Positions 40,929 through 53,090 of a DNA stretch of 64,000 bases are shown one piece after another. Source of the DNA: Anthoceros angustus (Eukaryota; Plantae; Anthocerotophyta); contig MU008164.1 of the NCBI GenBank assembly GCA_010909165.1, forward strand, positions 992,001 through 1,056,000, written 5' to 3'. A program made the position numbers and the translations under genes. How positions within the stretch are numbered: the first letter of the stretch is position 1; every line of letters begins with the position of its first letter. The notes below the pieces were generated by a model. It was not told the DNA's origin. It did no database searches and was given only the letters and a program-made list of their open reading frames with translations.

Positions 40929-42935
40929 CTACAGTGGAAAAGGTCTTGCAGTGACAGATGTGGCAGCCTTGTCATCCAGATAAAGAAGCTCTATGACAAC
41001 AGCATCATCCGGAGACCCCGTGTACTTGGGTACTCTTTCCAAAAGCCCAGGTTTCAGTTTCTTCCCTTCATACAGTGCATTCGCCAACGGGAACTGAGAC
41101 CAGCACTGAATAGCAGCGGTATTTGCAGGTGAGAACCCTATGACCTGCCCATCCCTGGCAAGGACAACCTGGTACGCGAGCACATTCTCCACTGAAAATG
41201 CAGTTTCTCCAACGTTTACAGGACCAGGACCAGGGGATGAGCCAACTTCAATTCCAGCCACAGGTGCTGAATCACTAAGCACTGCAGAACCACTGGCTTC
41301 ATCTTCCGGCTTCACTTCATCAACAGTTTCAGAAGTCGATGCCATCTCTGCACTCCCCTCAGGCTCCTGTGTGGTGGCCTCTCGGGGCCTCTCCCATTTG
41401 GTGAGGTTCAACCCCATCCAAGCACCTTCTCCAGCCTTGCTCCCTATCTCCTCCGACCAGCCAATACCATCCTTCACCATGGCTACCACAACTCGACATA
41501 GCACCTCCATCTCCTTCCCAGGTAACTGGTCATTGATTGGCAGGAACGGTTTCCGATTGCTTGACGCCGTGGACAGTGGTCTGAATACACTTGTGACAGC
41601 AGCAGGTAGGGCAGAGCTGCCCTGGACCTTCCCACTCCGCAGTCTGGCTGCCACCAGGACACCAATCAGCACAGCCACTCCCACAAGCATGGCAGCCACA
41701 GACATGGTCGCAGCCAGTATTACCCGACCCCGGGACCCCAAGGGCACCAGAAGCTCTGCTTCAGAGCTCAACTTCTTGCCAGGAACAGTGAAAGGATCAT
41801 CGTAGTAGCAATCCAGAACATTCGCAAGCTCCACCATCTGAGCATGGGTAAGCAAGACTGTCCACCACCCAGGCCCTTCCTTCTTCACCCTCCCCCCTCC
41901 TTCCACCTCAACTTCTGCCCTCTCCATATTAATCTGCAGCATGTGTGCAGGCACATACTCAAGAACCCAAGCATCTCCTGGCGGCATCAACGAAGGCGGC
42001 ATCACACTGGTAAGCGGCCACCAACCATGCCCTTCTCTGCGTCTCACCCAAGACCCACGCTGCTCAGGACCCGGCAGCTCACCCCACCGCCTCCTGACTT
42101 CATCCGCCATCTCCCTGGCAGACAGCAGCCGGACTCGAACCAGGGCATTCCTGTCTGGATTCCACCTCATGCCGCCCACAAACCTCCTCAACCCTCTCCA
42201 CTCCTCCCCAGTCCACTTCTTGGTGCAGGCCAGGGCATGTGAGGCAACAGCCATGGCAATCCAATCCAGCATCTTCACATTTAAGCTCACCACCCTGGCC
42301 GCAGCCTCCCCGCCTTCCTCCTCTTCCTCCTGCACCCTCCCCATGTCCCGCACATGCCCGGGCCCCAGCACTTTCAGCTCGAACCGCATCCCCCGCCGCA
42401 TCACCACAAGCTCACACTCCCTCAACCCGCCGGCCCTGCCCTTTCTCCCATCCTCCCGCGCCCTCTCCGCCACCAGCTTCGTCGGGGCCAGAATCCTGGT
42501 GGACACAGTGCTCCGTTCCCCGACGCTCCCTCTCACCGTGATGTCCACGGTCATCAAGCTCTTCCCCCTGCCCAGCTCCTCCTCCGCCGTCCTCCCCCCA
42601 TCGGAAGCCAGCGCAGCCAGAGCTTCCCCGGCAGCAGCGTCGCCCATCAGCTCCAGACTGCACAGCTCGTTCTTGTACGACCTGACGATGGGAAACGAAT
42701 CCGAATCCTGCAGCTTCCTAGCTGCTTCCTGCTGCTGGGTTGCAGCGATGCAGAAGCCAGAGCATTTCTTCCAGACCCTCCTGCTCCACCTTGTCTCCAC
42801 TCTCTCAATCCCAGTGCCTGCAGCCCATAGCTTCCCAGCTCTCCTCTGCTGCTGCTGCTGCTGCTGCCCACCGACTCCAGGAACAACGACATAGCCACCA
42901 CTGACAGCATGCCCATAGATGCAACCTAGCCTCAT
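40929..42935 (-). CDS. ANU10: Intronless 668-aa plastid protein resembling ANGULATA10
   Basis: Motifs recalled from the Arabidopsis At1g28530 family: RSYKNEL, ALASDGG, STVSTRILAP, VLLTHAQMVELANVLD.YY.D, one TM segment, YQVVL..DG.VIGF.P, LYEGKKLKPGLLE. The symbol comes from memory, not a search. Confidence 0.65.
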   Translation of the reverse strand: MRLGCIYGHAVSGGYVVVPGVGGQQQQQQQRRAGKLWAAGTGIERVETRWSRRVWKKCSGFCIAATQQQEAARKLQDSDSFPIVRSYKNELCSLELMGDAAAGEALAALASDGGRTAEEELGRGKSLMTVDITVRGSVGERSTVSTRILAPTKLVAERAREDGRKGRAGGLRECELVVMRRGMRFELKVLGPGHVRDMGRVQEEEEEGGEAAARVVSLNVKMLDWIAMAVASHALACTKKWTGEEWRGLRRFVGGMRWNPDRNALVRVRLLSAREMADEVRRRWGELPGPEQRGSWVRRREGHGWWPLTSVMPPSLMPPGDAWVLEYVPAHMLQINMERAEVEVEGGGRVKKEGPGWWTVLLTHAQMVELANVLDCYYDDPFTVPGKKLSSEAELLVPLGSRGRVILAATMSVAAMLVGVAVLIGVLVAARLRSGKVQGSSALPAAVTSVFRPLSTASSNRKPFLPINDQLPGKEMEVLCRVVVAMVKDGIGWSEEIGSKAGEGAWMGLNLTKWERPREATTQEPEGSAEMASTSETVDEVKPEDEASGSAVLSDSAPVAGIEVGSSPGPGPVNVGETAFSVENVLAYQVVLARDGQVIGFSPANTAAIQCWSQFPLANALYEGKKLKPGLLERVPKYTGSPDDAVVIELLYLDDKAATSVTARPFPL

Positions 42936-43516
42936 GGCTTCTCCCAGTCACACAGGCATAGCTGCCTGAAACAATTCCACAAACTCTCTTCAAAATGCAA
43001 GTCACTGGAAGTCTTGGGTGTCGTTTTGCGCTGTACAGATGACTTCTTGCTTCATGGATTCTCAGCTGCACATATGGAATTGCAGTTCATGGGGTGCAGC
43101 AGACGTTCGGTTTCCGTTGAGCCGCCAGACTAGGGCATCAGAAACGAACTTTCCAGACAAATGGAAGATATTTTGGAAAACAGGGGGTAGGGTTTAAGGA
43201 TCTACTCTCCCTGCTTCCGCCGCCGTCGACGAAGGGAGGTGCGGGCGATGCCCTGTTGATCACATCTTGGGCCTGGTTGCGGCTGTGGCAGCCGACAGCT
43301 GCAATTGGGCGTTTGTGGGCGGTGATGGTATGGAGTGATCCGGTGCTGTATCGTAGGATAGAAGAGCTGGGCGGCTGAGAGGCTCATGGTAACGTGGTGC
43401 AATTTTGCTGGGTGGATGCAGCTTTTCCTTTTCAGCTCGCTGCTAGATTGGGAAGATTGTGGTCCCGTGTCCTCTGCTGGCGTGTGAAGGAAGTGCACGA
43501 GGGGTAGGCTCAGGGG

Positions 43517-44547
43517 ATGGCGGGAGCCAGTACTATGTGCAGTACCGGAGCGGTGGTTTGCAGGGCTGTGAGGCTGTGCCCATCTTCGGCAGGAATCAGC
43601 ATGAGGCTGCTCCCCGGCGTCGGCTTCAGGCTCAGGAACTCTCTCCGGCCTCGGTACCTGGTCACCACGCCTGCCCTTAGGTCGGCTGTGGTGCAGGCGC
43701 AGTATCCTGGCGATGGCGGAGGCCCCGGGGTGGACGGTTATGTGAGCCAGGCACCGCCGGCCCCTGCCTATCAGCAGCAACCGTTTCAGCAGCAACAGCA
43801 GCAGCAGCAGCAGCCGCAGCAGCAGCCTGGGAACCCCAGCGCTGGTACGTTATCGTGGGTTGTGAGGGGAATTGATGTGCTTGGTTTGCTCTTGCTGCAA
43901 CGTGTTTGTGGCCTGCAGGAGGCCAGGTAGACCCTAATGCGGAGCAGCTGTGGCGGTCGCTCTTCTCCAATCCGTCGCAGTTCTGGGATGACCGGAGCAA
44001 GAAGGTAATGCTGGATTGGTCTACCAGATGTGAAAACACCTCTGGAGTAAGTTTGTGGAGTTGTTGTTGAAGCTTTGGTTAACGATGCTTGGTGTGTGAA
44101 TGCCTGCAGAGGTTTCCCAGCGACCCGGACTTTGTGAAGAAGGGAACCAGAGACAAGCTCTGGATTGAGAGCCCCACCACGCCGCCCTGGGTGCAAGGGC
44201 AGCTATCTCAGCTGCCGGCTCCAGTTGCCAGGCCACCTCGTCAGTTTGGGAACCAGGGCGGGTATGGAAACCAGGGTCAGGGATACCAGCAAGGAGGCGG
44301 AGGTGGAGGTGGTGGGCAGTGGGCTAACAGGCAGGGAGACCCGAATGCTCCACAGGAGAATCGGCCCAGGCCAAGGTATAGGGAGACTTACAGACCTCAA
44401 CCTAAGCTCACGCCCGAGGAAGAAGCTGCGAGAGAGGAGAGGATCAGGCAGATCCTGAGCCACAATCCTCCAGAGCACCGTCGACTTTTCACCCATAAAT
44501 ATTTCCCAGATCCCTTTACTGGAGAGTATGACCCGCCAGATTCCTAG
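43517..44547 (+). CDS. Organelle-targeted protein with one PDF (OSB-type ssDNA-binding) motif; exons 43517-43844, 43919-44004, 44110-44547
   Basis: Transit-like N-terminus and polyQ. Spliced motif AEQLWRSLFSNPSQFWDDRSKK|[32 protein letters not shown] matches OSB PDF consensus W..L..NP..WWD.R..K.NP..PDFK.K....LW. Gly/Gln tail and an AAREERIRQIL motif follow. Confidence 0.8.
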
Positions 44548-45592
44548 GCTTCGATGGCAGAGCATGTCCACAGGCACGACCTTTAGGATGGTCAGAGGAA
44601 GTAAGTGTCAAGGGAACTTGATGAAGCTGGACAAGCATAGCTAATTGGTAAGTCGTGTCTCGGGAGGGGAATGTGCTGGTTACGCACCGCAATGGTGAAA
44701 GCACGTTTTAGCACCCGTCCTGTTCATATCGTTTTTTCTACGTTTTAGCAGCCGTCCTGTCCATAGCGTTTTTTCTATCTTAGCATCCTGGGTCAGCTTG
44801 TTGGTGTATCAGCAGTAGGCAGGCATTGGGTAGACTGTCCGAAGGACCTTCCTACATCTTGGGATAGGGGACACCAGGTAAAGCCACGGATGTACCAACT
44901 GATCCAGTCCACTTTCGGTTTGAAATGTGGCTTACTGATGTGATTGTGTCAGTTAAGGGCGGTCAACTGTTGTGAACCTTCAATAGGTTGAATTAACGTC
45001 AGATGGGCACATACTTTGCCATTGTTTATCCATTCCTGAGATTGGTGATGTACAGGGGAAGCTATCACAGCCTCATACAGTGTGAGATTCACCAGAATTA
45101 TAAGCGAAAGATGTCTGGTCGAAGTTGGACATGAGTGCCAAGGTTTTTCATGTATGACAATCCTCATGTTACGACACACAGCCTCCCTCGTTCTGGCGTT
45201 AGAGGTCGGGCTTCCTAGTTACCTCGAGATGGTCGTCATTGGTGGCGTCCTGCCCTAGTTCTCATTGCATTATGTGGCTATCGGAAGAGAGGCTGTTTGA
45301 AAGCTCAATGTCGATGTCTGGAGGTGTTTAAAGCTGACCTGTATTATGAATGGGAGGATGTTGGGATGACAGGATCTGCAGAACCCAACATAAATCAACA
45401 CATGCTTGTGTTGCAAGCGAAACAGCTACCTATAAGCTGTGCTTGCATCTCAAGCAAAGCCCGTGAATCTAGAAGGGAGAAGCACATCCTTCAAAAAAAC
45501 CGCAAACTTCTACTGGGCTGGTAGACTACTGTGCCATAACGATCGGCTTCACTGCGATGTTCTGTACAGGCGTGATCAAGACGTCTCCCTTC

Positions 45593-45817
45593 TCACTTGC
45601 CAGGCGGAGGAGGTGGACACACAGTCGGGTAGCAACATCCTGGATTTCCAGGGAAGCAGCAAGGTGCTCCAAATCTGCAGGCGAGAAGCCGCCGCTTGTG
45701 GTCGGAGATTCCACCTTCCGACATGCCTTCCATAGCGCCGGCAACAGCCACAAGCTGCAGGCACACAATCATGAACGTGATGAGGAAGATCCCAACAACT
45801 GCTGCGCGCTTCGCCAT
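45593..45817 (-). CDS. Secreted Cys-rich pre-pro-peptide, copy 1 (mature ACRFGAPCCFPGNPGCCYPTVCPPPPPGK)
   Basis: 74 aa: hydrophobic signal, acidic pro-segment, RRLL, 6 Cys spaced C-x5-CC-x6-CC-x4-C. ORF conserved in 4 copies. Confidence 0.8.
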   Translation of the reverse strand: MAKRAAVVGIFLITFMIVCLQLVAVAGAMEGMSEGGISDHKRRLLACRFGAPCCFPGNPGCCYPTVCPPPPPGK

Positions 45818-46950
45818 CGGATCCGGATTGGCAGTCCAAGAAGCCGGTTTGAAGGTGATCGATCTTCGATTGGCCTGTGGGGAGAGTCAAATGCCGTGCG
45901 ATCATTCATTCAGTCGTGCTACAGCTTGCAAAGATCATCATCTCACCGTTGCATCCCAGAATGACAAAACGGTAGCATTGCACTCCTAGTAGCTTGATGT
46001 CAAACAACGCAGTGCAAATCAAACAATGTGCTCGAAAATCAATATCACAGGTGACGGTGACACAACCCACTTCGTTCCAACATCTAACGCCATCGAAATC
46101 TACCATTTGCGATACCTGAGAGCTCAGGTCGTCTCTCTCCTGTGGGACGCGTCTGCTCCCGGGAGGCAGCCCTGCTGAGAAAGTCTGAGCGATATTCTCT
46201 TTTAAACGCAGTGGCACCACACGCGATTGTGCAACAGGCAGGATAAACTTGCAAGTGGCAACGGGCCCGCAGTCCGAAACAGATGCCCTTGTCCCTCCAC
46301 AATCGACCTCGATCCTCCTTGTGTGAGCTGTATTTTCTCTCGGTAATTCGTCATCCAGTTAACACAACCACTGTTTGATCCAAAATTGGATCGGGCTTGG
46401 GCTGCTTGGAGTATGTGCATAAGTGTGTCATATCAGGACGGTCCACCTTTAGTCCCTTCAGTGTGTTAATGAACGAAGATCTGGTAGAAGTCTGATGCAA
46501 ATTCCGTGCACAACGTCCTTAGAGGGTATTCATGATCCTCATGTTGCGGCACACAGCCCCTCGTCCTGCTGTTAAAGGTCAGGCTTCCTTGTCCTTTCGT
46601 GACAATCAATGGCCTCTTGCTCAAGCTTCTCTCATGTTGATTCATTTGGACAAAACGTCAGTTGGGAGACGCCATTTGAAAGCTCAATGACGTCTGAACA
46701 GCTTGAGGTGATTCTTCTGCAGGTGTTTGGAAGCTGATTTTTATTATCAATGCTTGGATGTTGGGATACATGGCAGGTCGGAACCCAATTACACAAGCCT
46801 TCTGGAAGGCTTTCTCAACGCTATAAGCGATGCGTACATCTCATGCAAAGCCCCTGCAGCTAGACGGCAAAACCGCACACGTCTACTGGGCGGGCGATTG
46901 TTGCATGGGAATCCACAATCTGTACAGGCGTGATCAAGACGTCTCCCTTC

Positions 46951-47175
46951 TCACTTGCCAGGCGGAGGAGGTGGACACACAGTCGGGAAGCAACATCCTG
47001 GATTTCCAGGAAGGCAGCAAGGTGCTCCATATCTGCAGGCGAGAAGCCGCCGTTTGTGGTCGGAGATTCCACCTTCCGACATGCCTTCCATAGCGCCGGC
47101 AACAGCCACAAGCTGCAGGCACACAATCATGAACGTGATGAGGAAGATCCCAACAACTGCTGCGCGCTTCGCCAT
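46951..47175 (-). CDS. Secreted Cys-rich pre-pro-peptide, copy 2 (mature ACRYGAPCCLPGNPGCCFPTVCPPPPPGK)
   Basis: Same architecture as copy 1. Confidence 0.8.
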   Translation of the reverse strand: MAKRAAVVGIFLITFMIVCLQLVAVAGAMEGMSEGGISDHKRRLLACRYGAPCCLPGNPGCCFPTVCPPPPPGK

Positions 47176-48306
47176 CGGATCCGGATTGGCAGTCCAAGAA
47201 GCCGGTTTGAAGGTGATCGATCTTCGATTGGCCTGTGGGGAGAGTCAAATGCCGTGCGATCATTCATTCAGTCGTGCTACAGCTTGCAAAGATCATCATC
47301 TCACCGTTGCATCCCAGAATGACAAAACGGTAGCATTGCACTCCTAGTAGCTTGATGTCAAACAACGCAGTGCAAATCAAACAATGTGCTCGAAAATCAA
47401 TATCACAGGTGACGGTGACACAACCCACTTCGTTCCAACATCTAACGCCATCGAAATCTACCATTTGCGATACCTGAGAGCTCAGGTCGTCTCTCTCCTG
47501 TGGGACGCGTCTGCTCCCGGGAGGCAGCCCTGCTGAGAAAGTCTGAGCGATATTCTCTTTTAAACGCAGTGGCACCACACGCGATTGTGCAACAGGCAGG
47601 ATAAACTTGCAAGTGGCAACGGGCCCGCAGTCCGAAACAGATGCCCTTGTCCCTCCACAATCGACCTCGATCCTCCTTGTGTGAGCTGTATTTTCTCTCG
47701 GTAATTCGTCATCCAGTTAACACAACCACTGTTTGATCCAAAATTGGATCGGGCTTGGGCTGCTTGGAGTATGTGCATAAGTGTGTCATATCAGGACGGT
47801 CCACCTTTTAGTCCCTTCAGTGTGTTAATGAACGAAGATCTGGTAGAAGTCTGATGCAAATTCCGTGCACAACGTCCTTAGAGGGTATTCATGATCCTCA
47901 TGTTGCGGCACACAGCCCCTCGTCCTGCTGTTAAAGGTCAGGCTTCCTTGTCCTTTCGTGACAATCAATGGCCTCTTGCTCAAGCTTCTCTCATGTTGAT
48001 TCATTTGGACAAACGTCAGTTGGGAGACGCCATTTGAAAGCTCAATGACGTCTGAACAGCTTGAGGTGATTCTTCTGCAGGTGTTTGGAAGCTGATTTTA
48101 TTATCAATGCTTGGATGTTGGGATACATGGCAGGTCGGAACCCAATTACACAAGCCTTCTGAAGGCTTTCTCAACGCTATAAGCGATGCGTACATCTCAT
48201 GCAAAGCCCCTGCAGCTAGACGGCAAAACCGCACACGTCTACTGGGCGGGCGATTGTTGCATGGGAATCCACAATCTGTACAGGCGTGATCAAGACGTCT
48301 CCCTTC

Positions 48307-48531
48307 TCACTTGCCAGGCGGAGGAGGTGGACACACAGTCGGGAAGCAACATCCTGGATTTCCAGGAAGGCAGCAAGGTGCTCCATATCTGCAGGCGAGA
48401 AGCCGCCGTTTGTGGTCGGAGATTCCACCTTCCGACATGCCTTCCATAGCGCCGGCAACAGCCACAAGCTGCAGGCACACAATCATGAACGTGATGAGGA
48501 AGATCCCAACAACTGCTGCGCGCTTCGCCAT
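48307..48531 (-). CDS. Secreted Cys-rich pre-pro-peptide, copy 3 (same protein as copy 2)
   Basis: Same architecture as copy 1. Confidence 0.78.
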   Translation of the reverse strand: MAKRAAVVGIFLITFMIVCLQLVAVAGAMEGMSEGGISDHKRRLLACRYGAPCCLPGNPGCCFPTVCPPPPPGK

Positions 48532-49567
48532 CGGATCCAGATTGGCAGTCCAAGAAGCCGGTTTGAAGGTGATCGATCTTCGATTGGCCTGTGGGGAGAG
48601 TCAAATGCCGTGCGATCATTCATTCAGTCGTGCTACAGCTTGCAAAGATCACCATCTCACCGTTGCATCCCAGAATGACAAAACGGTAGCATTGCACTCC
48701 TAGTAGCTTGATGTCAAACAACGCAGTGCAAATCAAACAATGTGCTCGAAAATCAATATCACAGGTGACGGTGACACAACACCCACTTCGTTCCAACATC
48801 TAACGCCATCGAAATCTACCATTTGCGATACCTGAGAGCTCGGAGTCGTCTCTCTCCTGTGGGACGCGTCTGCTCCCGGGAGGCAGCCCTGCTGAGAAAG
48901 TCTGAGCGATATTCTCTTTTAAACGCAGTGGCACCACACGCGGTTGTGCAACAGGCAGGATAAACTTGCAAGTGGCAACGGGCCCGCAGTCCCAAACAGA
49001 TGCCCATGTCCCTCCACAATCGACCTCGATCCTCCTTGTGTGAGCTGTATTTTCTCTCGGTAATTCGTCATCCAGTTAACACAACCACTGTTTGATCCAA
49101 AATTGGATCGGGCTTGGGCTGCTTGGAGTATGTGCATAAGTGTGTCATATCAGGACGGTCCACCTTTTAGTCCCTTCAGTGTGTTAATGAACGAAGATCT
49201 GGTAGAAGTCTGATGCAAATTCCGTGCACAACGTCCTTAGAGGGTATTCATGATCCTCATGTTGCGGCACACAGCCCCTCGTCCTGCTGTTAAAGGTCAG
49301 GCTTCCTTGTCCTTTCGTGACAATCAATGGCCTCTTGCTCAAGCTTCTCTCATGTTGATTCATTTGGACAAACGTCAGTTGGGAGACGCCATTTGAAAGC
49401 TCAATGACGTCTGAACAGCTTGAGGTGATTCTTCTGCAGGTGTTTGGAAGCTGATTTTTATTATCAATGCTTGGATGTTGGGATACATGGCAGGTCGGAA
49501 CCCAATTACATAAGCCTTCTGGAAGGCTTTCTCAACGCTATAAGCGATGCGTACATCTCATGCAAAG

Positions 49568-49756
49568 AAGAAGAACAAGAATTTTATTTTAGTCCACTAA
49601 GGACGCATTTCCGTCATGGGACTTGGTACTTAACAACTTGTACCATGGTGCGCCTAAGCTACTTGCACCAAGGGCATCCACTCCCTTTAGGCACCCCCAT
49701 CTAAGTACCGATCGAGGCTGAGGATGCTTAATCACGGCGTTCTTATAAATGTGTGT
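49568..49756 (-). mobile_element. 189-bp SINE-like element, copy 2, inserted in the peptide array
   Basis: Sits between GCAAAG and CCCCTGCAGC, which are contiguous in units 2 and 3 (empty site). No TSD visible. Confidence 0.85.
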
Positions 49757-49856
49757 CCCCTGCAGCTAGACGGCAAAACCGCACACGTCTACTGGGCGGG
49801 CGATTGTTGCATGGGAATCCACAATCTGTACAGGCGTGATCAAGACGTCTCCCTTC

Positions 49857-50081
49857 TCACTTGCCAGGCGGAGGAGGTGGACACACAGACGGGAAGCAAC
49901 ATCCTGGACTTCCAGGGAAGCAGCAAGTTGCTCCATATCTGCAGGCGAGAAGCCGCCGCTTGTGGTCGGAGATTCCACCTTCCGACATGCCTTCCATAGC
50001 GCCGGCAACAGCCACAAGCTGCAGGCACACAATCATGAACGTGATAAGGAAGATCCCAACAACTGCTGCGCGCTTCGCCAT
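49857..50081 (-). CDS. Secreted Cys-rich pre-pro-peptide, copy 4 (mature ACRYGATCCFPGSPGCCFPSVCPPPPPGK)
   Basis: Same architecture as copy 1. Confidence 0.8.
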   Translation of the reverse strand: MAKRAAVVGIFLITFMIVCLQLVAVAGAMEGMSEGGISDHKRRLLACRYGATCCFPGSPGCCFPSVCPPPPPGK

Positions 50082-51344
50082 CGGATCCGGATCGGCAGTC
50101 CAAGAAGCCGGTTTGAAGGTGATCGATCTTCGATTGGCCTGTGGAGAGAATCAAATGCCGTGCGATCATTCAGTCAGTCGTGCTACAGCTTGCAAAAGAT
50201 CATCATCTCACCGTTGCATCCCAGAATGAAAAAACGGTAGCATTGCACTCCTAGTAGCTTGATGTCAAACAACGCAGTGCAAATCAAACAATGTGCTCGA
50301 ACATCGATATCACAGGTGACGGTGACACGACCCACTAACAGCTAATGCCCCCGAAAGCTACCATCCGCAATACCTGAGAGCGTCGGAGTCGTCTCTCTCA
50401 GATTGAACGAGTATGCTCCCGGGGGCCAGGCCTGCTGGGAGAGATCGAGCGATGATCTGTTTCAACCGCAGTGGCTCCGCATGCGATTGTCTAACAGGCA
50501 GGATAAACTTGCAAGTTGCAACGGGCCCGCTGTCCGAAACAGATGCCGATCTCCGTCCACAATGGGACTCGATGCCCGTTGTGTGGGCTGTATTTTCTCT
50601 CGTTAACAGAAACACTGGTGGATACACAGGCTCTCACACGTTCGAGGGAGTAACACAGATGCCCAACTGTTCATGAATAGAATAAAAAACTATTAAAGAA
50701 AAAGAAAGATGCCGAACTAAATTTAGGACAGTTCGGATGGCGCTTCTCGGACATCACTAATCAAACACAACCCTTGTGCTCAAGCTCAAGTGAAGTGACA
50801 TTCATGATGAACTTGAGAAGATTTACCCACATTCCAACATACCTAGTGCCATAGAGGCCTCCGGTTTTGGACATCGTAGATTATTTTTTAGAAAATAAAT
50901 CATTCTTTTTTAATATTATATAATATTATTTATATTTATAGTATATTAAATAGGTAGTATTGTAATGTACCTACTTCTATGATTTTGTTCCGTGCCGCTC
51001 AATAACACTAGTTGCAGCAACTATAGAATTACGTCATAGGCGTACATAATGTAAAGGTCAAGCACCATCAAGAGACAAGAAAGATCCTATCCCAACATCA
51101 ACATGCTATGCAAAATAGCAACGGGGTTGCTCTCTATCATCTTTTTTAGAGAATTTGGAGACTTTATATGGATATTTCAAAGTGCACATTGAAGTCCCGC
51201 AAGTGCACATTCCTCTTTTGTTTTTGGGGTGGATGGGTTTTTCCCATCTCTTTTTTATAATAAAGTCTTCTTTCCCTCCATTGAAGTCCCGCACTAAGAG
51301 TTTACTTCAGCACTCACAACTGGCGGATTCCAACACTAACCTCT

Positions 51345-52265
51345 AAACTGGCAGACTCCAATACTAACACCTGGTGGCACCGCACATTGCAGGGACAAGG
51401 GCATGATTTAGTACTAACAACTAGCCGCCCCGCACATTGTAGAGAGGAGGGCATGATTCACATAAGGCCATGAAGTTGGGGAATGGGTGGCACCCCATCT
51501 AAGTACTGATTAACCGAACTGGCGAGGAGCACCACACACTACAAAGACGAGGGCATGATTTAGCACTAACAACTAGTGGCCTCGCACATTGTGGAGAGGA
51601 GGGCATGATTTACATAAGGCCGTGAAGCTGGGGAATGGGTGGCACCCCATCCGAGTATGATCCATCTACACATGGCCATGGAGCCGGAATGGGTGGCACC
51701 ACACACTACAAAGACGAGGCATGATTTAAAATGGGTGGCACCCCAACCAAGTATTGATCTGTCCTGTACATGGCCATGGAGCGGGGGAATGGGTGGCACC
51801 CCATAAGAGTACTAATGCATCCTAAATTTGGCCATGGAGTTAGGTAATGGATGGCACCTGGAGTTGGATAATGGGTGGCACCCCATCCGAGTACTAATCC
51901 ATTCTACACATGACCATGGAGCTGAGGAATGGGTAGCACCCCATCTGAGTACTGATCCGTCCTACACATGGTCATGGAGTTGGGTAATGGGTGGCACCCC
52001 ATCTAAGTACTGATCCATCCTACACATGGTCATGGATAATGGGTGGCACCCCAATCTGAGTACTGATCCATCCTACACATGGCCATGGAGCCGGGGAATG
52101 GGTGGCACCCCATCCGAGTACTATTCCGTCCTACACATGGCCATGGAGTTGGGTAATGGGTGGCACACCATCTGAGTATTGATCCGTCCTAACAACTGGC
52201 AACGCCACAGTGCACGCTGCAGAGGCGAGGGCATGATTTACACACCATCCGAGTATGATCCATCC
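51345..52265. repeat. Complex minisatellite: ~55-60-bp GGAATGGGTGGCACCCCATC.GAGTACTGATCC.TCCTACACATGGCCATGGA units interspersed with GAGGGCATGATTT units
   Basis: Roughly a dozen copies of the GGGTG-G-CACCC near-palindrome are directly visible. Confidence 0.9.
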
Positions 52266-53090
52266 CAAGGACACTCGATTGTGGAGTTCCAATGAACCCA
52301 AATCTGGATGGCACTCCTTCAAGTGAGGACCTCTCTATCACCCTTGGCTATCTTCTACTTTCAAAGGGAGAGCATCAAACAGTAACAAGTTGGTGTAGGT
52401 CTTGCAGCTGAAGCCTTGGTTGCAAGCGTTTGTCGGATCGAAGAGTGCAATTGATGTGCACGCATGAGGTGGTGTTGATACTTTTCGTTTTAAGATTTTG
52501 AGTTTTCAACGTGTGAAATCAATTTTAAAAAATATTAATCATTCGTAAAAATAATTTGAATTTTCAACGTGTGAAATAAAGTTTAAAAAATATTAATCAT
52601 TCATAAAAATAACTACTTTCTATCAAAAATCAAAAACCTCTACGGTAATAAAATCAATAATTGTAGTCAAATTATATTCATATCTCATTATCCCTTTAGG
52701 TGATTACATTACATCACATGTATAATCACGCTTCAAAAATGGAAGTAAAATGTATTGAATTTGTCTTATGTTTCATGTAATGTATTATACCTTTTAATTT
52801 ATGTAAGATATATTTGACCATATTAGCTTAAACCTTGTAGAAGTTCGACTGAAAAGACCCGTCTATTCCCAAAAGTACTTTTTCCTTACGGAATGGATGT
52901 GGGAAGATTCACGAGACAAAGTAATAACATGAGCAGAAGATAGTGGTATAGAATAAAAATGTGACCTCGAATGGAAGATTGCATTAGATAAAGAGAAGAG
53001 TTTTTTTCAGGAAAATAATATAAATAAATCTCAATCATTTCAATATTCACATGCTTATATTTATACATTATAGATTATATTTAAAATATG

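Larger units (their letters stand above)
45130..50600. repeat. Tandem array of four ~1357-bp gene units
   Basis: CDS spacing is 1358, 1356 and 1550 bp (the last includes a 189-bp insertion). Central units are nearly identical; outer flanks are diverged. Confidence 0.95.

Noticed and set aside
41140-42894. Plus-strand ORFs of 221 and 317 aa
   Set aside because: Antisense shadows of the GC-rich ANU10-like CDS.
51345-52265. CRISPR-like array
   Set aside because: The intervening sequences are themselves repeated rather than unique spacers, there are no cas genes, and the context is eukaryotic.
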